A stretch of 64,000 bases of DNA from an uncultured virus (IMG/VR IMGVR_UViG_3300003937_000027) (Duplodnaviria > Heunggongvirae > Uroviricota > Caudoviricetes), in IMG/VR virus record IMGVR_UViG_3300003937_000027; one strand, written 5' to 3'. The notes beneath the pieces are model-generated. The model saw only the letters and a program-made list of their open reading frames with translations. It ran no database searches and was not told the DNA's origin. Positions 56,936 to 64,000 of this stretch are shown here, in pieces (position 1 is the stretch's first letter; the number at the start of each line of letters is the position of its first letter). The position numbers were made by a program, and so were the translations under genes.

Positions 56936-57171
56936 TATGCAGTCTCCTTTACAAAGTGATAAAATGCAAAGTCATTAGTAGGTGACAATACAGTTTTGTT
57001 TTCTAAATTACTTCTTAAATATGATTCTTTAGAGAATACACACTCAATAGAATCGGTTTGTATTAATTTATTAATAACTACATCAATTTGAGAATTGATT
57101 ATATTATTAGTATGTGGATTTTTTTGTATATTCATCAACGATTTGATGATTTGTGATTTTTCTATTTTCAT
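56935..57171 (-). CDS. hypothetical protein
   Basis: TAATG-coupled. Confidence 0.55.
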   Translation of the reverse strand: MKIEKSQIIKSLMNIQKNPHTNNIINSQIDVVINKLIQTDSIECVFSKESYLRSNLENKTVLSPTNDFAFYHFVKETA

Positions 57172-57428
57172 TATGATATCCTCGCTGGGTCTTGGTTAAC
57201 AATTTCGTCATATCCGTGAACACCACGAGCAGAGCGTAAACCGTTGTTTAAAGTATCATATCCGTTTTGGATATGTGAAACTTGGTCGTGTAAATTCATT
57301 GAACCACCGTGTGATTCAGAATGCATACGATCCAAATTTGATAATATGTTTAAATTTAATTCTATTTGGTCGTTCAATCTTTGCATATTTGCAAGTGCTT
57401 GAGCAATCATTTGGTCAGTAGTAATCAT
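57171..57428 (-). CDS. hypothetical protein
   Basis: TAATG-coupled. Confidence 0.55.
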   Translation of the reverse strand: MITTDQMIAQALANMQRLNDQIELNLNILSNLDRMHSESHGGSMNLHDQVSHIQNGYDTLNNGLRSARGVHGYDEIVNQDPARIS

Positions 57429-57727
57429 TATATTCTTTCATTATTAGAATACCAAATAGACTCATATGTTCCGTCTCCTGATACTCTTTCCGTTTCGTGT
57501 ACTGGTCCTCTAATTGTAAAGTTCCAATGTTGAAACATTGTGTTGTTAGTGATTAATCTTTTATACATTTTACGTGCTTTTTCTAAAGTCGTATAAGGAC
57601 CAGCATAATCAGTATGATCCATAAGTTTAAAGTCTAAATCAGCGTCTCCCATATGCAATTCAGAAATATAATAGTTCTTTTCTAAATGTGCAGGATATTC
57701 GGATTTAACTAGTAGGGTTTCCAACAT
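57428..57727 (-). CDS. hypothetical protein (start revised to 57727)
   Basis: TAATG coupling and GGAG RBS; AGPYTTLEKA motif. Confidence 0.55.
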   Translation of the reverse strand: MLETLLVKSEYPAHLEKNYYISELHMGDADLDFKLMDHTDYAGPYTTLEKARKMYKRLITNNTMFQHWNFTIRGPVHETERVSGDGTYESIWYSNNERI

Positions 57728-57903
57728 TACTTGTTTTCTCCCATAGTATAGATTGATAAAAATGCCGAAACTATCATAATTCCGAACATTACAAAAAACA
57801 TTGCCCAATTGTCATTTCCTAGACAATGTCCTCCACAATCCTCAATAAATCCAACTGCCATAATAGCAGCGAATATCGTAGTTAATGAAAATATAAAATT
57901 CAT
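57727..57903 (-). CDS. small two-TM protein
   Basis: AAGGA RBS; two hydrophobic segments around CGGHC. Confidence 0.55.
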   Translation of the reverse strand: MNFIFSLTTIFAAIMAVGFIEDCGGHCLGNDNWAMFFVMFGIMIVSAFLSIYTMGENK

Positions 57904-57942
57904 AGTGTTTTTCCTTCTGTTTTCTCTCATTATTATAAGTAT

Positions 57943-57971
57943 ATAATACACTATTTTTCAACGGAAAACAA
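57943..57971 (-). promoter_or_regulatory. sigma70-type early promoter TTGTTT-17-TATTAT
   Basis: Shares flanks with the promoters at 20447 and 27658. Confidence 0.6.
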
Positions 57972-58042
57972 GCAAAAAATGGTGAAAAAGTCCGTTTTTT
58001 TCCCTTATTTTCTGCGATTTTTTGGTATTTTTGGCAAAAGAT

Positions 58043-58057
58043 GTTCTTATTTTGTTC
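58043..58057. promoter_or_regulatory. alphaproteobacterial LexA-type box GTTC-N7-GTTC (copy 3)
   Basis: GTTCttattttGTTC in the divergent intergenic region. Confidence 0.6.
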
Positions 58058-58142
58058 TTTTCCTTGATTTCCCTTGTTTTTTCAACAAAAAGCCGTCATT
58101 TCTATCATATAAATAGTAGAAACGAACCAAAATGAGGTAATT

Positions 58143-58355
58143 ATGCCAAAAATGAGAAAGTTTAAATTTACGGATGGAAAAGATTTTAACGAAATAATTG
58201 AATCTCTTTCCTTTAAAAAAGCAGTTAAATCTATACAAAGAAAAATTGATTTAAAGAAAAATCAAGGTTTATTTTGTGAATGGATTACTAAAAAAGGGAA
58301 AGAAATAAAAAGTTGGGTTAAAATGCCTATAGGAAGAAAGAAAAAATTAGACTAG
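58143..58355 (+). CDS. basic hypothetical protein
   Basis: Late promoter TATAAATA at 58107; GAGG RBS. Confidence 0.55.
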   Translation: MPKMRKFKFTDGKDFNEIIESLSFKKAVKSIQRKIDLKKNQGLFCEWITKKGKEIKSWVKMPIGRKKKLD

Positions 58356-58359
58356 ATAA

Positions 58360-58503
58360 ATGAGATTAGCTAAATCTTACGTAGCACACGTAGGAACATA
58401 TAAAAGAACATCACAATCACAAAGAAAAAGATCCGTCAAAAAGTCAAGTATGAATAAGAGTAAAAAAAGATCATATAAACCATACAACGCACAAGGGAGG
58501 TAA
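58360..58503 (+). CDS. small highly basic protein (not in ORF track)
   Basis: KRTSQ...SSMNKSKKRSYKPYNAQGR ending, common before PAAR genes in T4-like phages. Confidence 0.55.
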   Translation: MRLAKSYVAHVGTYKRTSQSQRKRSVKKSSMNKSKKRSYKPYNAQGR

Positions 58504-58507
58504 CATA

Positions 58508-58807
58508 ATGGCTGTAAGAGAGGGAGATAGTCTTACAACAGGACACGCTTGTACTGCAATTACTAAATTAGCAATATCTTTAATAAGAACAGTAAAAGCA
58601 AATGGTATTCCTGGTGCTGTTGTAGGCACTCCTACTATATCACATACTGCCCCACCATTACCTGCTTGCCCAGCACACATTATGTTTTTAAATGCAGGAT
58701 CACCAAATGTTAAGATAGGCGGTATAAATTGGGGACGTATAGGTGATAGTGCTGACCTAGGTGCAATGATTTCAGGTTCTTTAAATGTATTAGCAAATGG
58801 TAAGTAA
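58508..58807 (+). CDS. gp5.4: PAAR-domain spike tip protein
   Basis: R.GD...TGH.C, H...GS..V.I.G....RIGD, GS.NV. Confidence 0.85.
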   Translation: MAVREGDSLTTGHACTAITKLAISLIRTVKANGIPGAVVGTPTISHTAPPLPACPAHIMFLNAGSPNVKIGGINWGRIGDSADLGAMISGSLNVLANGK

Positions 58808-58825
58808 TATCTTATAAATATAGGT

Positions 58826-59257
58826 ATGGCTTTCTCAAACTATGACGCAACTACAACAAATAAAAGTAAAAGATCAAATCGTATCTATAGCGATTTGAAT
58901 TTAAGTTTTACTAAAAATCCTGCTACAAAGGATGTTGCAAGATTATTTGATGTACAAGCAATTAAGAGAGCTGTTAAAAATATTATTTTAACAAACAAAT
59001 ATGAAAGACCTTTTAATTCAGATTTCGGTTGTAATTTAAGAGGATTTTTATTTGAAAATATAACTGAACCTTTATTGGTACTAATTAAAGATAGAATATC
59101 TATGGCAATTGAAAAATATGAGCCAAGAGTTTCAGTTGAAGATGTTGTTGTTCAGGATGATGAAGAAAATAATGGTTTAAACATTATGGTTTCTTTTATG
59201 GTTAATGGTGTTGAACAACCAATCACAGTATCAACGTTTTTACAAAGAGTAAGATAA
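58826..59257 (+). CDS. gp25: baseplate wedge subunit
   Basis: YSDL.L.F...P, AIKRAV.N...T...ERPF...FG, YEPRV; late promoter at 58813. Confidence 0.93.
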   Translation: MAFSNYDATTTNKSKRSNRIYSDLNLSFTKNPATKDVARLFDVQAIKRAVKNIILTNKYERPFNSDFGCNLRGFLFENITEPLLVLIKDRISMAIEKYEPRVSVEDVVVQDDEENNGLNIMVSFMVNGVEQPITVSTFLQRVR

Positions 59258-59258
59258 A

Positions 59259-61115
59259 ATGGCACAACACAGACTAGAGATATCGGAATTAGATTTTGAA
59301 AATATAAAAGGTTCACTAAAAAGATTTCTATCAAACCAAAACGAATTTAAAGATTACGATTTTGAAGGAAGTTCAATAGCAGTTCTATTAGACTTACTTT
59401 CTTACAACACTCATTATTTAGCTTACAATGCAAATTTCGTAGCAAACGAAATGTTTATGGACACAGCACAATTAAGAAGTAGTGTTGCGTCATTAGCTAA
59501 ATTAGTTGGTTATACACCAAACTCATCCAGAGCACCAGTCGCTGATTTAAAATTAGTAATCAATGATGGTACAGGTTCTTCAATTACAATTCCTGCAGGT
59601 ACAAAATGGACATCATCAATAGATGGTCTTACATACACGTTTGTTTCCATATCAGACAAAGTTGTACAACCAATTGATGGCGTTTATACTTGCCAAAGTT
59701 TAAATGTTTATGAAGGTACCTATGTAACTTACAATTATACAGTTGAAGTAAACGATATAGACCAAAGATTTTTAATACCAAGTGATAGAGCAGATACAAC
59801 TACAATAAAGGTTGTGATACAAAATAGTATTTCAGACGTTACACAAAGTACATATACACAAGCAAGTTCAATTACAGAATTAGATAGTACAAGTAAAGTT
59901 TATTTTTTACAAGAAGCTGAAGATGGCCAATATGAAATATATTTTGGTGATGGTGTTATAGGTAAAAAATTAAATGATGGTAACATTATTAATATAAGTT
60001 ATATTGTAACAAACAAAACAGAAGCTAATGCTGCTTCAACATTTAATTTATCAGGTTCTATTTCTGGTTTTACAGATGTAACTACAACTATTAATTCAAA
60101 TGCTCAAGGTGGTGCTGATCCAGAAAGTTTACAAAGTATTAAATTTAATGCTCCTAATTTCTATGCGTCACAGGATAGAGCAGTAACAGTAGAAGATTAT
60201 AAATCAAAAGTAAAACAACTTTATGCTAACACACAATCAGTTAGTGCTTGGGGTGGTGAAGACGCTGAAACACCATTTTATGGTAGAGTTTATATTTCTA
60301 TTTTACCAACAAGTGGTTCAAATTTAACAGACGCAACAAAAGAAAGAATTGTAAAAGATTTAAAAAAATATTCAGTTGCTTCAGTTACTCCAGTAATTAT
60401 TGATTCTGAAACTACAAATATATTATTAACATCAACAGTTAAGTTTGATGAAACAAGTACACCAAAAACTGCTGACACTTTAAAATCAAATGTTGTTACA
60501 ACATTAACAGATTATAATACAAATACTTTACAATCTTTTGATACAATTTTTAGATACTCAAAACTTTCCAGTTTAATAGACGATACAGACGAAAGTATTT
60601 TATCAAATATCACAACAGTTCAATTAAGAAAATCTTTTTTACCAACAATTGGAACTTCTACAAAATATACAATTAACTTTGCAAACTCATTATACAATCC
60701 ACATTCAGGACATAATGCAACAGCAGGTGGTATAGTAAGTTCAACAGGATTTAAAATAGAAGGCGATACTACAAACATTTGGTATTTGGATGATGATGGT
60801 GAAGGTAATATAAGAAGATATAGACAAGACGGCTCTGTTAGAGCATATGGTACTAGTACACAAGGTTCAATTAATTATTCAACAGGACTAGTTGAGGTAA
60901 ATTCTTTAAATGTTTCTAATATAGAAAATGTTAGAGGTGTGGCTTCAACAGTTATAGAGATTACAGTAAAACCACAATCAAATGATATAGTACCTATCCG
61001 AAATCAAATATTAGAAATGGATATAGCAAATAGTACAGTCACAGTTGAGGCTGATGCTCTAGTAGGAGGCTCAGCAAACGCTGGTATAGGATATACCACA
61101 ACAAGTAGTTACTAA
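59259..61115 (+). CDS. gp6: baseplate wedge subunit
   Basis: ELDF..IK..L, DYDFEGS, YNTHY, Q.RAVT..DY, WGGE. Confidence 0.94.
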   Translation: MAQHRLEISELDFENIKGSLKRFLSNQNEFKDYDFEGSSIAVLLDLLSYNTHYLAYNANFVANEMFMDTAQLRSSVASLAKLVGYTPNSSRAPVADLKLVINDGTGSSITIPAGTKWTSSIDGLTYTFVSISDKVVQPIDGVYTCQSLNVYEGTYVTYNYTVEVNDIDQRFLIPSDRADTTTIKVVIQNSISDVTQSTYTQASSITELDSTSKVYFLQEAEDGQYEIYFGDGVIGKKLNDGNIINISYIVTNKTEANAASTFNLSGSISGFTDVTTTINSNAQGGADPESLQSIKFNAPNFYASQDRAVTVEDYKSKVKQLYANTQSVSAWGGEDAETPFYGRVYISILPTSGSNLTDATKERIVKDLKKYSVASVTPVIIDSETTNILLTSTVKFDETSTPKTADTLKSNVVTTLTDYNTNTLQSFDTIFRYSKLSSLIDDTDESILSNITTVQLRKSFLPTIGTSTKYTINFANSLYNPHSGHNATAGGIVSSTGFKIEGDTTNIWYLDDDGEGNIRRYRQDGSVRAYGTSTQGSINYSTGLVEVNSLNVSNIENVRGVASTVIEITVKPQSNDIVPIRNQILEMDIANSTVTVEADALVGGSANAGIGYTTTSSY

Positions 61116-61119
61116 TGAG

Positions 61120-63714
61120 ATGGCCAACTTTAAAGAGAAATTATCAAACCTTTTAACTTCACAAGTACCTGATTTTGTACTTGAAGATCACCCATTATTT
61201 TTAGATTTTGTAAAAGCATATTATCAACTATTAGAATCAGCAGAAATTACATTAACTAATATTGGTGATCCTGACCATTTAATATTAGAAGGTTCTACAG
61301 GTAGTACAATATTATTAGATGGTTCAAATGTAAAATATGATGACAATGGTGATAGAATACTTTTAGAAGATACAAGTTATGGTGATTTTATAAATGGTGA
61401 AACAATTACTGGTGCTACATCTGGTGCAACTGCTATAGTTTTAGTAGAAGATGTTGATAGTGGTGCTCGTTTATTCGTTACACATCAAAACAAATTTATA
61501 GAAGGTGAATTAATTACAGGAGCAGCTTCAAGCGCTCAGGCAACTATAGGAAAATATAGAGCCAATCCAGTACAAAACATACAACAACTTTTAGATTATG
61601 CTGATGTAGATAAAACTATTTCAGCTTTCTTAACTAAATTTAGAAATTCTTTTTTAACTTCTATACCAGATACTTTACATTCTAGTATTGAAAAAGAACA
61701 ATTAATTAAAAATGTTAAAACACTATATCAATCAAAAGGTACAAAACGTGCAAGTGAAATATTTTTTAAATTATTATTCAATGAAACAGCAGAAATAAGA
61801 TATCCCAAAGATAGTATTTGGAGAGCTTCTGATGGTAAATGGGATACAAGAAAAATATTACGTTGTTTAGAATTAGGAACTTCAGACGCTTCCAATCTTG
61901 TTGGTCAGACAATTACTCAAGCAAATGATCCGTCCGATACAGGTGTAAATGAAGCTACTGCTATTGTTGAAGATGTATATAAGTTTATTATTGGTGGCAC
62001 TACAGTTACAGAATTAGTATTAGGAGATGAATCTGTTACTGGTACATTTATAGCTGACCAAACTATAACAGGTATAGATAATACAGATTTAGACGTTTTA
62101 GTTTCATTGTCTGTTTCTTCTATCATTAATAATAAAACAATTTCAACTGATGGTACATTATATAGTGAAGATGATAATATAACTTTGAGTGGTGGTGGTA
62201 CAGGTGGAACTTTAAAAGTAGGAACAATAGGTCCAGGTTCAATAGACGAAGTAATTGTAAATAGTGGTGGTAGTGGTTATGCTGTAGGTGATGTTGTAAA
62301 TTTTGGATCAGGTAATGCAGCTGCAAAAGTTTCAGTTGTAAGTGGTGGTGTTACACTTGAAAGTGGTACAGGTACTGGTCAACTAGTTTTAGAAGATGAA
62401 ACAGGTAAAGAAGATCAATATTTTGGCGATAAGGTTGTACAAGAAAGTGGTACAGGTAATGCTGATATAACAGATATTAGAATGATAGATATTGGTAATG
62501 GTTATACCTCTTTACCAGCTTTAACAGTTACCTCATCAGGAGGAACAGGTGCAAAACTTTTAGCATATGGTTCAGAAATTGGTCGTGCATTAACAATAAA
62601 TGTAATTGAGTCTGGATATAATTATCAACAAAGTCCAGCACCAACAATTGTTTTACCAACGTATATTTTATATACAGCCCTTTCAGGAGGATTTACAGCT
62701 TTAGAAACAGTTACAGGTGGAACAAGTAGCAAAACTGCAACAGTAGTATCAATAGACACAGATTTAAATATTTTAAAACTTAAAAACGCAAGTGGCGCCT
62801 TTACACAAGGAGAAACAATAACTGGTAGTGGTGGTGGAACAATTTCTGCAACAAGATTAGAACAAGCAACTGGTACAGTATCCATATCACCAGTTGTAAC
62901 TACAGATGGTAGTTTCATTAATGAAGATGGTTTTTTATCTGATAACGCAATGAAAGTACAGGATAGTTTAAAGTACCAAGATTATTCATATATTATAAAA
63001 GTAGGTAGATCAATTAATGAATGGAGAGATAGTTATATTAAAACTTTACACTCTGCTGGTTTTTATTTTCAAGGTGAGATTACAATTGAAACACAATTGG
63101 ATGCTCAGATTAAAAGAATAACAGGAATGAACTCTGGTATAACAGAAATAATAAAATCTGTTATTACAAGAATGTACTCAAAACTTATTGGTCGTAGATT
63201 AGGAACTGAAACAGACGGTACTAGTTTAAGATCAAATGCTAATGCTGTTGTTTCTGCTGATTTTGATACAGATACAATTACACAATTTGATAGAACAACA
63301 AGAGATTTAACTTTAAAATCGCCAGCAATAGGAATAGATTATGTAAGTAGAGTTAGAAGAAACATACAACCTGCGTCTGGTAATGCAATAAATGTAAGAC
63401 AAGGTTTTGCATATGCTGGGCCAAGATTTGGTGTATTAAATAAATTTATTAATACTGCATTTGGTATTACTGCAAACAATACTTTTAGTAAAAGTGGTAT
63501 AACGTTTGCTGTATTAAGTGGTATCAAAGTACAAGGCACAAGAACATCATTAGATGGTTCAAATGCTATATTTTTGATGACTTCTTCAGAGGATGGAAGA
63601 AAACTTAAAACCAATTTTACAATACCTGCACAAGTAGGTGAAATAAATCAAAATTCTATGGATGAAACTATTACGTCTATGGATAGCACAAATGTTTCAA
63701 TGGATGCAGGATAA
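61120..63714 (+). CDS. baseplate wedge subunit (gp7-like)
   Basis: Q.P.FV..DHP.F..F..AYY, Y.SKGT, SDGKW, QDS..YQDYSY.I; follows gp6. Confidence 0.75.
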   Translation: MANFKEKLSNLLTSQVPDFVLEDHPLFLDFVKAYYQLLESAEITLTNIGDPDHLILEGSTGSTILLDGSNVKYDDNGDRILLEDTSYGDFINGETITGATSGATAIVLVEDVDSGARLFVTHQNKFIEGELITGAASSAQATIGKYRANPVQNIQQLLDYADVDKTISAFLTKFRNSFLTSIPDTLHSSIEKEQLIKNVKTLYQSKGTKRASEIFFKLLFNETAEIRYPKDSIWRASDGKWDTRKILRCLELGTSDASNLVGQTITQANDPSDTGVNEATAIVEDVYKFIIGGTTVTELVLGDESVTGTFIADQTITGIDNTDLDVLVSLSVSSIINNKTISTDGTLYSEDDNITLSGGGTGGTLKVGTIGPGSIDEVIVNSGGSGYAVGDVVNFGSGNAAAKVSVVSGGVTLESGTGTGQLVLEDETGKEDQYFGDKVVQESGTGNADITDIRMIDIGNGYTSLPALTVTSSGGTGAKLLAYGSEIGRALTINVIESGYNYQQSPAPTIVLPTYILYTALSGGFTALETVTGGTSSKTATVVSIDTDLNILKLKNASGAFTQGETITGSGGGTISATRLEQATGTVSISPVVTTDGSFINEDGFLSDNAMKVQDSLKYQDYSYIIKVGRSINEWRDSYIKTLHSAGFYFQGEITIETQLDAQIKRITGMNSGITEIIKSVITRMYSKLIGRRLGTETDGTSLRSNANAVVSADFDTDTITQFDRTTRDLTLKSPAIGIDYVSRVRRNIQPASGNAINVRQGFAYAGPRFGVLNKFINTAFGITANNTFSKSGITFAVLSGIKVQGTRTSLDGSNAIFLMTSSEDGRKLKTNFTIPAQVGEINQNSMDETITSMDSTNVSMDAG

Positions 63715-63737
63715 TATATAAATAGTAAGAGAGAGAT

Positions 63738-64000
63738 ATGACAAAACAAGTAATAGACATAGGATCAGTAGCAAACGACGGAACAGGTAGTACTTTACGT
63801 GCGGCTGGCGATTTAGTTAACGATAATTTTAATGAAATCTACACAGCAATTGGTGATGGCACTACTTTAACGAGTGGTTATATTACTGCAACAAGTACAA
63901 CTACATTAACAAATAAATCACTAGATTTAGGCACTAATACTTTCACAGGTTCATTAGCTGAATTTAATACAGCTTTGCAAAGTGATAGCTTCGTTAGTTT
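63738..64000 (+). CDS. baseplate/fiber protein with gp9/gp10-type N-terminus (partial)
   Basis: MTKQVIDIGSVANDGTGSTLRAAG..VN.NFNEIY; late promoter at 63717. Confidence 0.75.
   Translation, partial: MTKQVIDIGSVANDGTGSTLRAAGDLVNDNFNEIYTAIGDGTTLTSGYITATSTTTLTNKSLDLGTNTFTGSLAEFNTALQSDSFVS

Noticed and set aside
1..64000. Stop-codon reassignment, or prophage in a host chromosome
   Set aside because: Core genes translate fully in the standard code with all three stops used; host-like genes are interleaved with phage genes and promoters; no integrase or host flank is seen

Overview
A 64-kb, AT-rich segment of a T4-like (myovirus) phage genome with no host chromosomal context. It carries gp61 primase, nrdA/nrdB, glutaredoxin, gp33, gp59, gp32, gp4, gp2, a tail-tube/baseplate block (gp19/54-like, gp26, gp51, tape-measure-like, gp48, gp53, hub, gp5, PAAR, gp25, gp6, gp7-like), TATAAATA late promoters and many sigma70-type promoters. 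An AapJ/BztA amino-acid-binding protein, a circularly permuted two-piece tmRNA, GAAC-N7-GAAC boxes and csgF/csgG point to a marine alphaproteobacterial host; a SAR11 pelagimyophage (HTVC008M-like) is the best inference. Most notable: (1) a divergent locus joining a CHASE2 membrane adenylate cyclase to csgF-csgG-curlin-like-FecR genes, possibly a phage trans-envelope signalling system; (2) three near-identical alphaproteobacterial LexA-type boxes at early-promoter regions; (3) a perfect 24-bp inverted repeat enclosing a GC-rich structured element, followed by a pseudoknot leader; (4) a -1 frameshift signal linking gp26 to gp51; (5) an unannotated metallothionein-like peptide between nrdA and nrdB; (6) a radical SAM/SPASM/QueC-like/nitroreductase/sulfotransferase island. 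Protein calls come from motif recognition by eye; no database searches were run.
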